A stretch of DNA of 64,000 bases from Nitrospirota bacterium (GCA_021789555.1 JAJYJK010000001.1:4871-68870), one strand, 5' to 3'. Positions 19,994-30,367 are shown, counted from the stretch's first letter. Numbers and translations: made by a program. The notes: generated by a model from the sequence alone, not told the origin.

Positions 19994-21124
19994 ATGAAGA
20001 TTCTTACAATTGTCGGGGCGCGTCCCCAATTTATAAAGGCGGCGGTGGTATCGCGGGAAATCGCCGCGTTTAACGCCGGCCAGGACGGCTTGAAAATCGA
20101 TGAGGTAATCGTCCATACCGGGCAGCACCATGACGGCAATATGTCGGATATCTTTTTCAGGGAGATGAAAATTCCGGAGCCGCATTTTAACCTCGGCATC
20201 TGCGATTGTCCGCACGGTGCGATGACGGGCCGCATGCTGGAACAAATTGAAAAGGCCATAATGAGCGTCAGACCTCATGCCGTGCTCGTCTATGGAGATA
20301 CAAATTCGACGCTCGCGGGGGCGCTGGCGGCTGTAAAACTGCATGTCCCGGTCGCCCACGTCGAGGCCGGACTGCGCTCATTCAACATGAACATGCCGGA
20401 AGAGGTTAACCGGGCGCTGACGGACCGCATATCGAGGCTCCTGTTCTGCCCGACGGAAACGGCCGTAAAAAACCTGCTCCGTGAGGGAATAGCCGGAAGC
20501 TCGGAAACCTCGGCAGGAGCGCCTGCGGTCCTGGAGGTCGGCGACGTCATGTTCGACGCAACCGAATTCTACAGGCGCATCGGCAAGCCCGGCAAAGACA
20601 TACAGGCAATAGTGGACGGCGACAAAGGAGACTATTACCTCGCCACCGTCCACAGGGAAGAAAATACGGACGACTTTCGCCGTTTGAACGACATCGTCGA
20701 GGCCCTCGAAATGATAGCCGGGACCACTGCGATAATCCTTCCGCTTCATCCGAGGACAAGGAAGGCCCTCTCAAGACACGGCCTGCGCATGAACAAAGTA
20801 ACGCTTCTCGGCCCCGTAGGCTATTTTGACATGCTGGCGCTGCTGGACGGCTGCAAGGGGGTCTTGACCGACAGCGGAGGGCTGCAGAAAGAGGCCTATT
20901 TCTTCCGCAAGCCCTGCGTGACGCTTCGTGATGAAACCGAGTGGGTGGAACTGGTGGAACACGGGTTAAACACCATCGCGGGCGCGAAAAAAGACGCCAT
21001 AATCGGGGCTGAAAAGGCTTTTTTGTCACGCGGGACCGTCGGATTTTCCTGCGCTCTGTATGGCCGTGGCGACGCCGGGGCCAGGATAGTGCAGGCGCTG
21101 AACGATTACCTGGGCGGAGCATGA
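19994..21124 (+). CDS. wecB: UDP-N-acetylglucosamine 2-epimerase (non-hydrolysing)
   Basis: MKILTIVGARPQFIKAAVV, VHTGQHHD, VLVYGDTNSTLAGALAA, HVEAGLRSFN, LTDSGGLQKEA. Confidence 0.9.
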   Translation: MKILTIVGARPQFIKAAVVSREIAAFNAGQDGLKIDEVIVHTGQHHDGNMSDIFFREMKIPEPHFNLGICDCPHGAMTGRMLEQIEKAIMSVRPHAVLVYGDTNSTLAGALAAVKLHVPVAHVEAGLRSFNMNMPEEVNRALTDRISRLLFCPTETAVKNLLREGIAGSSETSAGAPAVLEVGDVMFDATEFYRRIGKPGKDIQAIVDGDKGDYYLATVHREENTDDFRRLNDIVEALEMIAGTTAIILPLHPRTRKALSRHGLRMNKVTLLGPVGYFDMLALLDGCKGVLTDSGGLQKEAYFFRKPCVTLRDETEWVELVEHGLNTIAGAKKDAIIGAEKAFLSRGTVGFSCALYGRGDAGARIVQALNDYLGGA

Positions 21125-22347
21125 ACATCGTCATCATCAACCATTACGCGGGTTCTCCCGGACACGGCATGGAATACCGGCATTACTACCTTGCCAGGCA
21201 ATGGACCGGCCTCGGCCACAGGGTCTGCATCGTGGCGGCGTCATATTCGCATCTCAGGCGCCGGCAGCCCGACACAGGCGGCATGATGACGCGCGAGATA
21301 GTGGACGGCATTCAATATCTCTGGCTTAAAACGCCGCGGTACAGGGGAAACGGGGCCAGACGCGCGCTTAATATGCTGACCTTCGCCCTGCTGCTTGTAT
21401 TTTCCACCAAAAAGATACTGCGAATTTGCAGACCGGGCCTGGTTGTGGCCTCCTCGCCCCATCCCTTCATCATCTTCGGCGCAGACAGGATTGCCCGCGC
21501 ATCCAATGCCAGGCTCACGTTTGAAGTCAGAGACCTCTGGCCGCTGACCCTGACCGAGCTGGGCGGGATTTCCGAACGGCATCCCTTTATCGTCATGATG
21601 CAGAAGGCCGAAAATATCGCATACAGGGTCTCCGACCGGGTGATATCGCTGCTGCCAAAGGCGGACAGCTACATGAGAGAGCATGACCTGCGGCGCGGGA
21701 AATTCGTCTATATACCAAATGGAATTGACGGCGCGGAATGGCAATCATCAAACAAGGCGGGCAACACGCATCACATGACGGCGTTGTCAGAAATTAAGCG
21801 GCAGGAGAAATTCATCGTAGGTTACGCCGGGGCGCACGGCCCCGCCAACGAATTGCATGCGCTCATCGACGCGGCCGCCCTCATGCAATCCTGTCCCGTC
21901 GTCTTCGTGCTCATCGGACACGGACCGGAAAAAAAACAGCTCCGGCAAAGAGCGGGGAAAAAGGGGCTGCAAAATGTAGTTTTCCTGGATTCGGTCCCCA
22001 AATCCGATATCCCCGGACTGTTGACCTCAATGGATATCCTCTATATCGGTTTGAAGAACGAACCCCTCTTCCGCTTCGGCGTCAGCCCCAACAAGCTAAT
22101 GGATTACATGATGGCCGCCAGGCCCGTAATACACGCGATAAATGCCGGAAACGACATGGTGTCTGAAAGCAATTGCGGGATTTCAATTGCTCCAGGGCAG
22201 CCGGAGGCCATTAGAGACGCCGTAATAAAACTGATAAATATGACGGCCGCCGAGAGAAACGCCATGGGAGCGAGGGGAAGGGACTATGTACTGGCCCACC
22301 ATGATTTCAGGGTCCTTGCAAGGCGCTTTTTTGAGGCGGTCATATGA
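21121..22347 (+). CDS. Family 4 glycosyltransferase (WbuB-like)
   Basis: MNIVIINHYAGSPGHGMEYRHYYLARQW N-terminus, typical of the WbuB-type subgroup. ATGA overlap with wecB. Confidence 0.8.
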   Translation: MNIVIINHYAGSPGHGMEYRHYYLARQWTGLGHRVCIVAASYSHLRRRQPDTGGMMTREIVDGIQYLWLKTPRYRGNGARRALNMLTFALLLVFSTKKILRICRPGLVVASSPHPFIIFGADRIARASNARLTFEVRDLWPLTLTELGGISERHPFIVMMQKAENIAYRVSDRVISLLPKADSYMREHDLRRGKFVYIPNGIDGAEWQSSNKAGNTHHMTALSEIKRQEKFIVGYAGAHGPANELHALIDAAALMQSCPVVFVLIGHGPEKKQLRQRAGKKGLQNVVFLDSVPKSDIPGLLTSMDILYIGLKNEPLFRFGVSPNKLMDYMMAARPVIHAINAGNDMVSESNCGISIAPGQPEAIRDAVIKLINMTAAERNAMGARGRDYVLAHHDFRVLARRFFEAVI

Positions 22348-23348
22348 AAATCGCCCACCTCGTACAGACCCATAAAAACCCGGAACTCTTGAGAAGAAGG
22401 GTCGGATTTCTCTCGTCCGACGAGAGCACATTTTTCATTCATGTGGACGCAAAAAGCGATATCAATGACTTTTCATCGATAAGGGGCGGTAATGTTTTTT
22501 TCAGCGAAAGGCGCGTCCCTGTATACTGGGCAGAATATTCAATGGTCGAGGCGATACTCATCCTGATCCGGCAGGCGATGGACGCGCCCCGGAAATACGA
22601 CTATTTCATACTGTCCACCGGAAGCGATTATCCGCTCAGGAGCAGGCAATATATCCACGATTTTTTTGAAAGGAATAATGGAAGGGAATTTATCAGCGCG
22701 ATAAGAATGATCAACGAGGACGGGTGCGTGGCGATCCATCAGATAAACACCCTGAGGATACCCTCTGACAAGCCGTTTTACCACGCTGTCATGAGGGTCG
22801 TGAACCAAACAGGGCTGACCCGCCGCGATTACAGGAGACATCTCGGGGACATGGCGCCCTATTTCGGCAACGCAGGCTGGGCGCTCACGCGGAGCGCATG
22901 CCAATATATCCTCGAATTCGTCAAGGGGAACCCATCATACTGCAAATATTTTGAGAACTCCTTTGCGCCGGATGAGATGTTTTTCCATACCATCCTTGGC
23001 AATTCCCGATTTGCGCGCCAAATGAGAAGACACCTGACCTTTGAGGACTGGAGCAATCAGGAGGAACTAAAAAAAGGCAGCGGGATCAGACATTGGTTGT
23101 CAATGCGCCTCTCCGATAAATTGGGCCACCCCTCACTTATGACCGAAAGACATGTCAGTTTTTTTGAAAGCTCAGGGAAAGTCATGAGTGACGTCAGTGT
23201 CTACGGGCCCGGAGAGATGCTGTTTGCGAGAAAATTTTCCGATGGCAACCTGCAACTGGTCCAAAGGATTGAGGACATGATAGGACAATGGCAGAGGCGC
23301 GCGCGCCCGGTATCAATTCGTGAAGCGGCGGAATGGGCCGGGCGATGA
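22344..23348 (+). CDS. GT14 (core-2/I-branching type) glycosyltransferase, copy 1
   Basis: MKIAHLVQTHKNPELL...FFIHVDAKSDINDF...VYWAEYSMVEA...GSDYPLRS...APDEMFFHTILGNS. Confidence 0.7.
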   Translation: MKIAHLVQTHKNPELLRRRVGFLSSDESTFFIHVDAKSDINDFSSIRGGNVFFSERRVPVYWAEYSMVEAILILIRQAMDAPRKYDYFILSTGSDYPLRSRQYIHDFFERNNGREFISAIRMINEDGCVAIHQINTLRIPSDKPFYHAVMRVVNQTGLTRRDYRRHLGDMAPYFGNAGWALTRSACQYILEFVKGNPSYCKYFENSFAPDEMFFHTILGNSRFARQMRRHLTFEDWSNQEELKKGSGIRHWLSMRLSDKLGHPSLMTERHVSFFESSGKVMSDVSVYGPGEMLFARKFSDGNLQLVQRIEDMIGQWQRRARPVSIREAAEWAGR

Positions 23349-24346
23349 AGATAGCCTATCTGATACAGACCCACAAAAATGCAGGTCTTTTAAAGAGAAA
23401 GATAGAACTCCTCTCATCCGACGAGAGCGCATTTTTCATCCATGTGGACGCAAAACATGATATCAACGCCTTTTCGTCCATTAAGGGCGGCAATGTCTTT
23501 TTTACCGGCAGACGCATACCGGTGTATTGGGCCGAATATTCAATGCTCGAGGCGATAGTTTCGCTGATGCGCCTCGCCCTCAGCGGACCTCAAAGGTTTG
23601 ACTACTTCATCTTATCGACCGGCAGCGACTATCCGTTACGGTCCAGGCAATACATACACGATTTCTTCATGAAAAACAGCGGCGCGGAATTCATCGGGGC
23701 CATAAAATTGCCCGACGGTGAAGCGGCAAATCCGCTGTATCGGGAGGCTACCGGGAAAAAACCCGAAAACTGCGGCGGCTACGCTGCCCGGCAGTACTAC
23801 CGCCGCCTGAATGCACTGAGAGTCCCATCCGACAGGCCGCTTTGGCGGCTCACGGTTAAAATGTCGACGAGATTGGGCCTGGCGCGCCGCGACTACAGAA
23901 AATATCTGGGGACGCTCGAGCCGTATGCGGGAAATGCCGGCTGGGCCTTAACAAGGGACGCATGTCGATATATCGTCAACTTCATCGACGACCATCCTCC
24001 GGTATGTAAATTTTTCGAGGGCATTTTTGCACCCGACGAAATTTTCTTTCATACAATCCTGGGCAATTCGGAATTCAAACACCGTATGAGGCGCCATTTG
24101 TGCTTCGAGGACTGGGCGCAGACAAACAGCCAGAGAGGGTACGGGGGGCTGCTGGAGCGCTCGTCCAACAAGGGAGGACACCCCGCCGTCCTGGATAAGA
24201 GACATATCGACTTTTTTGCCGGGACCGGGAAGGTGGTCATGAATGATATTTACGGCTCCGGGGAGGCGCTGTTTGCGAGAAAATTTTCCGATGACACCAT
24301 GGATCTGGTCGAGAGAATCGATGACATGATAAAAATGGGGACATAA
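23345..24346 (+). CDS. GT14 glycosyltransferase, copy 2 (tandem paralog)
   Basis: ATGA overlap with copy 1. MKIAYLIQTHKNAGLL...FFIHVDAKHDINAF...VYWAEYSMLEA...APDEIFFHTILGNS. It is collinear with copy 1. Confidence 0.7.
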   Translation: MKIAYLIQTHKNAGLLKRKIELLSSDESAFFIHVDAKHDINAFSSIKGGNVFFTGRRIPVYWAEYSMLEAIVSLMRLALSGPQRFDYFILSTGSDYPLRSRQYIHDFFMKNSGAEFIGAIKLPDGEAANPLYREATGKKPENCGGYAARQYYRRLNALRVPSDRPLWRLTVKMSTRLGLARRDYRKYLGTLEPYAGNAGWALTRDACRYIVNFIDDHPPVCKFFEGIFAPDEIFFHTILGNSEFKHRMRRHLCFEDWAQTNSQRGYGGLLERSSNKGGHPAVLDKRHIDFFAGTGKVVMNDIYGSGEALFARKFSDDTMDLVERIDDMIKMGT

Positions 24347-24389
24347 AGCCGTTTCGCCTTGGGTCAGGGAGAAAAAAAGGAGGGGGAAG

Positions 24390-25391
24390 ATGCTCAACGT
24401 CGGAGTAATAGGATACGGTTACTGGGGGCCCAATATCGTGAGGAATTTCAGCAGCCTGGACGGCGCCAGGGTCGTTGCTGTATGCGACAGAAACCAAAAC
24501 TCCCTGAGACAAGCGGCGCGGGCGTTTCCGGCGGTCAGGCCGACCGACGACTGCAATGAGATTGTCGCCGCCCCCGATATCGACGCCGTGGCGGTAATCA
24601 CGCCCGTTTCAACACATTACGAGCTTGCCAAAAAGGCGCTCCAAAACGGAAAGCACGTATTTGTCGAGAAGCCCTTCACGGCCTCCGTCGCGCAGGCCGA
24701 GGAACTCATAGAAATAGCCGAGCGGAAGGCCCTTAAGATCATGGTCGACCACACCTTCCTCTTCACCGGGGCCGTAAAAAAGATGAAGCAGCTAATAGAT
24801 GACGATATGCTGGGCGAGCTGTATTATTACGATTCCACGAGAGTCAACCTCGGGATTTTTCAGCATGATGTCAATGTGATATGGGACCTCGCGCCCCACG
24901 ATTTTTCGGTAATGGATTATCTTGTCCCGCAGAGGCCTTCCGCTGTGGCGGCATGCGGCAAGGCGCACTTCAACGGCCTGGAGGATATGGCCTATATCAC
25001 CGTCCACCTTGGTGGCAACATGATCGCCCATTTTAACGTCAACTGGCTCTCCCCGGTCAAGATCAGGTCCACCCTGATAGGGGGTGAAAAGAAGATGCTC
25101 ATCTGGAACGATGTCGACGCCGATGAAAAACTGAAGGTGTACGACAAGGGAGTGGAAATAGTGAACAACGAAGGCATATACGATCTTCTTGTCAGCTACC
25201 GCTGGGGCGATGTATGGGTGCCACGGGTCGACCAGGTGGAGGCCCTGAGGCTGGAAGCCGACTGTTTTTTGGATTGCATCGTCAATGACAAGACCCCGGT
25301 GAACGACGGTCATGCGGGTCTGCGCGTGGTGAAACTGCTCGATGCCTGCAATGTCTCGCTGAGAAACGGCGGACGGTTGGTGACCATATGA
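24390..25391 (+). CDS. Gfo/Idh/MocA oxidoreductase (WbpB-like sugar-nucleotide 3-dehydrogenase)
   Basis: VGVIGYGYWGPNIVRNF Rossmann start and HVFVEKPF. A strong RBS (aggaggggg) lies upstream. Confidence 0.8.
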   Translation: MLNVGVIGYGYWGPNIVRNFSSLDGARVVAVCDRNQNSLRQAARAFPAVRPTDDCNEIVAAPDIDAVAVITPVSTHYELAKKALQNGKHVFVEKPFTASVAQAEELIEIAERKALKIMVDHTFLFTGAVKKMKQLIDDDMLGELYYYDSTRVNLGIFQHDVNVIWDLAPHDFSVMDYLVPQRPSAVAACGKAHFNGLEDMAYITVHLGGNMIAHFNVNWLSPVKIRSTLIGGEKKMLIWNDVDADEKLKVYDKGVEIVNNEGIYDLLVSYRWGDVWVPRVDQVEALRLEADCFLDCIVNDKTPVNDGHAGLRVVKLLDACNVSLRNGGRLVTI

Positions 25392-25867
25392 GCTACCGCT
25401 CCATATCAGACGACGTCGTACTGGGCAATGATGTGAAGCTCGCGCAATTCATCAATCTCTACGGGTGCACCGTCGGCGACAATACCAAAATAGGGACCTT
25501 TGTGGAAATCCAGAAAAATGCCTTCATAGGGAAGAATTGCAAGATACAAAGCCATACTTTTATATGTGAAGGCGTCACTATCGAAGATGATGTTTTCATC
25601 GGCCACGGCGTCACCTTCATAAATGACAAATACCCGCGCGCCACAAATACCGGCGGCAAATTGCAGACGGAACGGGACTGGGAAGTCCGGCCCACGGTCG
25701 TAAAGAAAGGGGCTTCCATCGGGTCTGGGGCCACAATCCTCTGCAACGTGACAGTCGGCGAGAACGCAACCGTCGGCGCGGGAAGCGTGGTGACCAGGGA
25801 TGTGCCGCCCGGCTCGGTCGTCGCAGGCAATCCGGCCCGGAGGCTTGGAGACCGCGGTAATGAATGA
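25388..25867 (+). CDS. Hexapeptide-repeat N-acetyltransferase (WbpD/WlbB-like)
   Basis: Left-handed beta-helix repeats (IGKNCKIQSHTFICEGVTIEDDVFIGHGVTF...GENATVGAGSVV). ATGA overlap with the oxidoreductase. Confidence 0.8.
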   Translation: MSYRSISDDVVLGNDVKLAQFINLYGCTVGDNTKIGTFVEIQKNAFIGKNCKIQSHTFICEGVTIEDDVFIGHGVTFINDKYPRATNTGGKLQTERDWEVRPTVVKKGASIGSGATILCNVTVGENATVGAGSVVTRDVPPGSVVAGNPARRLGDRGNE

Positions 25868-25942
25868 AGCCCACCTCCCCTCCTTACAAATACCTTTATG
25901 GCTGCCGGAAATACATCAAGCGCCCGGCGGCAACGGAGGCAC

Positions 25943-28180
25943 ATGAGCAATATTTCTCTTTCCGATCGCATGGCCGTAATTATTTCCCGCGCCGGCCGTT
26001 GTCTTTCATTTGCCATCTTTGCCTGCCTGCTATTTTGGATGACGGCGGCCGCCTATGCCGGCATCACGACCCAGCATTACGATTTCGCCTATCCAGACAG
26101 GACGGGCCTGATTTCGGCGGGATGGAATTTTAATGCCGTTACCCCTTCCGGCGGCCTGCGGAACACAGAGCAGACGACTGGCGCAGTGGTATCATACGAC
26201 CAGACTGCCCATCCCGGCGTCCTTCAAATCCCCGCCGACACGGGAGACCTCTGGGATAACGCCAACAACTCAAGGAACACCCTGTTCAGGACACTGCCGC
26301 CCGACTGGACCAGCATACGGCTCAAATTGTTCTTTGGGCCGTCCCGGGACTATCAGCAGGCGGGCCTGCTGCGGGAGGCTTCGCTGTTTCAGTCGACCCG
26401 GCAGGACTATCAGAAGGCGTCTACAATGCCACGATAACGGTCGCTGCACCGGGCGCAAACAATAGTCCTCTAACCGTGAACGTCAGCCTGATCGTCAGAC
26501 AGAACCCCGCCGTGCAGGCAGCCACCTGAAAGGATGCGCATAAGGCCGCAATGAGCGTTTGGGTGGATGACGGCAATTCATCATGCTTCACCGAATTGCA
26601 AAACGCCGGTTTCGAGGGGACCTATGTCACGAATGATCCTGTGCCGTCATTCTATCCCCAGTATTATGGGGCCGGCATGGAGCTTGGATGTCATCTGTTT
26701 TATCACACTTGCGACGCCGTCACTGAGTACTATTTGAGATATACTCAGATCGAGCCCAATATAGCCGAAATCTGTGGCGGTACGCCGGAACCGTGCCCGG
26801 ACCTCGTATCCCTTGTCTGGCCCTGCGGATTTACCACCATCGAAGAAGAGGCCGTTTCATCCAATTATTACCTTGCGGCCCGGGGATACAATTTCAACCT
26901 GCTCGAAGAGACGACCCCCACGGACTGGCAAAACCTGAAAAGTTTCAATTCCCACGAGCACACTCCGTACCCGCCATCCGATCTGAAGACTGTCGTGGAC
27001 ATGGCTGTGCAGCAGGGCAAATGGGCCAATCTCGTCTTTCATACCTCTTGCAACGACGACGGCGCCATAGCCTATTCCGCAACCAAGGACATATGGGTGG
27101 CCCCCGCCGACACGGTAATAAAATATATACTGCAGCGACAGGGTTTCGTCCTGAACAGTTATCAGTCCGATTCCTCCACAACCACCTTTTCGTACAGTCG
27201 CCTTGGCATACCGATGTCGCCTTTCAGGGATTTTGAAACGGCCTTCACGCCGGCAGATACGGTCACCCTTCAGATCAATATAAACGGTTCAAATCCCCTC
27301 GCCTCCGTAACATTGAACGGGACAAGCTATCCATACAAATCGAGTGTCGAAGGCGGCAATACCATCGTTTTGATGGATGTCCCGATCGACAAAACCGTAA
27401 GGACCGTTACAATTAGTTCAACCGCAGTCCCGTCAATCGCGCTTACTCCGGCGGACCTCAATTTCAGCGCCTCCGTGGGGACAAATCCCGCAAGCCAGAC
27501 CATATCTTTATCCAACGGCGGAGGGGGGACCCTTAGCTGGACGGCGACTGCCGATAGTACTTCACCCGCGTGGCTTTCGGTGAGCCCCGGCATCGGTGCG
27601 GGAGATGCGACGCTTAGCGTCTCGGTAAACACCTCCAGCCTAGCCGCGGGGAACTTATACCAAGGCAATCACGATAGCGGCGACGGGGGCTGCAAATTCC
27701 CCCCAGGTAGTGAATGTGACGCTGACTGTAAACTCCACCGTTTCGGTTTCCTTTGCGACGGACTCCGGCGGCGGGCAGTACACGGACCACTCGGCGGTGG
27801 TATTTCAGGCGGATACGGATTATTCGGGTGGCTCAAAGGCTTCGACCACTTCAGCCATCAGCGGCACACCTGATCCAATTTTATACCAGAGCGAACGATT
27901 TGGGAACTTCTCATACAATATCCCGCTTCCAAACGGAAACTATAACGTGACCCTCAAATTCGCCGAGATCTACTGGAGCCAGGCGGGCAAAAGGGTCTTC
28001 AATGTGAGCATGCAGGGCGCGCAGGTCATAAGCAACCTGGACATCTACGCCCTGGTGGGCAGGAACGCGGCATACGATGTCACGCTGCCGGTCAGCGTCA
28101 CCAACGGAGCCCTTAGTATCAGCTTCACCTCGGTCGCGGATTACGCCAAAATAAGCGCCATCGAAGTATCGCCGAGATAA
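25943..28180 (+). pseudogene. Disrupted gene for a secreted multidomain protein (ConA-like / Ig-like / CE4 deacetylase-like / Ig-like / malectin)
   Basis: The coding signal continues across three lesions.
- A frame switch occurs near 26366-26380. The sequence ...FGPSRDYQQAGLL jumps to GGFAVSVDPAGLSEGVYNATITVAAPGANNSPLTVNVSLIV, which is only the last half of an Ig-like domain.
- An in-frame TGA lies at 26526-26528, between ...NPAVQAAT and KDAHKAAMSVWVDDG.
- A one-base frameshift lies in the G-run at 27648-27651. Removing one G gives SSLAAGTYTKAITIAATGAANSPQVVNVTLTV, running into the malectin-like end (YQSERFGNFSYNIPLPNGNYNVTLKFAEIYW). Confidence 0.55.
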
Positions 28181-28236
28181 TTGGCCGGTCAAGATAGACT
28201 TAAAATCGTCTTAATTTTTAAAAAGGAGAACGGACA

Positions 28237-29436
28237 ATGCGCAAAAGAGTTCCTTTTCTTGACCTTTCATCCATCCACAGGGATTTGGAAGACGAACTTG
28301 TGGCGGCATTCAGGGAAACCATGAGGACGTGCAGGTTTATCGGAGGGCCGATGGTTGAAGATTTCGAGAAAAACTTCGCCGGGTTCTGTGACACAAAACA
28401 TTGCATCGGCGTCGGCAGCGGAACGGACGCATTGCGTTTTTCGCTGATGGCGTCGGGAGTTAACCCGGGCGACACCGTCATCACAGTGCCCAACACCTTT
28501 ATTGCAACGACCGAGGCCATCTCACAGGCCGGGGCCATCGTTGACTTCGTGGACATTGACGAACAGACTTACAATATGGACCCGGCGAAGCTCGCTGCTT
28601 ACTTTGAGACGAAATGCCATATCGACAACCCCACCGGCAGGGCCGTCAGCGCCAGGACGGGAAGCCAGGTAGCGGCTGTACTCCCCGTTCATATCTATGG
28701 TCAGATGGCGGACATGGATTCCATCATGGACATTGCGGATAAATACAACGCAATCGTCATCGAGGACGCATGCCAGGCCCACGGGGCGGAATATTTTTCC
28801 GCAAAGACAACACGCTGGAGAAGGGCGGGCTCCGTAGGGATTTCCGCCGCCTTCAGTTTCTATCCCGGCAAGAACCTAGGCGCATGCGGCGAGGCGGGCG
28901 CGGTCACAACCGATAACGAAGAGATCGCCCGAAAAATCCGCATGCTCCGCGACCACGGCCAGATGAAAAAATATCATCACGAAATGGAGGGCTACAACGG
29001 AAGGCTCGATTCCGTCCAGGCGGGGATATTGAACATAAAACTGAGGCGCCTGTCCGGCTGGAATGAAAAAAGACGCCGGCATGCCGCCTATTACAGGGGG
29101 CTCTCCGGTCAAACGGACGGCCTTGTCCTTCCCTACGAACCCCCGTGGTCAAAGGCGGTTTACCATCTTTATATTGTACGCGCGCCGGACCGCAACGGAC
29201 TTCAGGAATATTTGGCGCGGCACGGCATAGAGACCGGCCTGCACTATCCGCTTCCCCTGCATCTGCAAAAGGCCTATTCGGCAATGGGATACAAGGCGGG
29301 CGATTTCAATGTGGCCGAAAAAGCCTCTGCCCAGGTGCTTTCGCTCCTCATGTACCCGGCCATTACGTCCGAACAGCAGGATTATGTGATCGGGACAGTA
29401 AAAGAGTTCCTGTCGGAACGGCGCTCGGTGGCCTGA
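28237..29436 (+). CDS. DegT-family sugar aminotransferase (WbpE-like)
   Basis: VPFLDL...GGPMVEDFEKNFAGFC...GVGSGTDAL...DTVITVPNTFIATTEAI...FSFYPGKNLGACGEAGAVTT. RBS aaggag upstream. Confidence 0.85.
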   Translation: MRKRVPFLDLSSIHRDLEDELVAAFRETMRTCRFIGGPMVEDFEKNFAGFCDTKHCIGVGSGTDALRFSLMASGVNPGDTVITVPNTFIATTEAISQAGAIVDFVDIDEQTYNMDPAKLAAYFETKCHIDNPTGRAVSARTGSQVAAVLPVHIYGQMADMDSIMDIADKYNAIVIEDACQAHGAEYFSAKTTRWRRAGSVGISAAFSFYPGKNLGACGEAGAVTTDNEEIARKIRMLRDHGQMKKYHHEMEGYNGRLDSVQAGILNIKLRRLSGWNEKRRRHAAYYRGLSGQTDGLVLPYEPPWSKAVYHLYIVRAPDRNGLQEYLARHGIETGLHYPLPLHLQKAYSAMGYKAGDFNVAEKASAQVLSLLMYPAITSEQQDYVIGTVKEFLSERRSVA

Positions 29437-29455
29437 ACGCCGGAGGGGACACATC

Positions 29456-30355
29456 ATGGCCCGAAATGACATACGGATAGCGTATCTGCTGCAGGCCCAT
29501 AAAAACCCGGTCCAAGTGAATAAATTCATACGGCAAATAGCCGGGGACGGGCATTCCGACGTCTATGTCCACATCGACAAAAAAAACGCCGGCAATATTG
29601 CGCCCCGGATCGCGGGCGGCAGGAACATAAAGATCATTGGAGAGAGCATGGACGTCAAATGGGGAGACATAAGCCTGGTGGATGCGACGTTATGTCTTTT
29701 GCGGGACGCGAATAAATCGGGCATGAAATATGACTTCGTATGCCTAAGGAGCGGTCAGGACCTGCTGGTCCGAAACGGTCTGCGAGAGTACCTTGCCCGC
29801 AATAACGGCAAGATTTTCATGAATGCGAAAAAAACGGGAAGCGGCGATGAGACGGCCTATTTCTGGTCGCTCAAATGGCCCTCATTCACAAGGGAGCGGC
29901 ATGATTCCGTCTTTCATCCCGCCAGGATTTCGCGGGCCGCGTTAATCAGGCTTTACAGGCTGGGCATCAATGTCATCCCCAACCCGAATAAGCCGGCCAT
30001 TGACGTATATCGGGGTTCGGCGTGGTTCTGCATACCAGGGGAGGTGGCGGCGTATATCCTCGATTATCTCGAAAATAACCCCTGGTATTACAAGGCATTC
30101 AGGGACGCCCTTGCGCCCGACGAGTATTTCTTCCAGACAATAATAATGAATTCACCGTATGCGTCCGGCAGCGTCTGCAACAATCTTACGTATCTAAGAT
30201 TCGGCGAAACCTTCCCGGACAACAATCATCCTCGCACGTTGACCGTGAAGGACATATCCGGGATTGAAAAATCCGATAAGTTCTTCGCAAGGAAATTCGA
30301 CGAGACAGTCGACAACAATGTAATCGAGTATTTTTGCCGGAGATGCGGGGCCTGA
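29456..30355 (+). CDS. GT14 glycosyltransferase, copy 3
   Basis: IAYLLQAHKNPVQVNKF...VYVHIDKKN...GQDLLVRN...APDEYFFQTIIMNS. It has the same motif order as 22344-24346. Confidence 0.7.
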   Translation: MARNDIRIAYLLQAHKNPVQVNKFIRQIAGDGHSDVYVHIDKKNAGNIAPRIAGGRNIKIIGESMDVKWGDISLVDATLCLLRDANKSGMKYDFVCLRSGQDLLVRNGLREYLARNNGKIFMNAKKTGSGDETAYFWSLKWPSFTRERHDSVFHPARISRAALIRLYRLGINVIPNPNKPAIDVYRGSAWFCIPGEVAAYILDYLENNPWYYKAFRDALAPDEYFFQTIIMNSPYASGSVCNNLTYLRFGETFPDNNHPRTLTVKDISGIEKSDKFFARKFDETVDNNVIEYFCRRCGA

Positions 30356-30367
30356 CAGGCGTGAAGG

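Noticed and set aside
26526-26528. The in-frame TGA in the multidomain gene, considered as a possible selenocysteine or read-through codon.
   Set aside because: It is not at a Cys-like position; the context reads like a former Trp (TGG). The same gene carries two other frame-breaking lesions, so decay or sequencing error is the simpler explanation.
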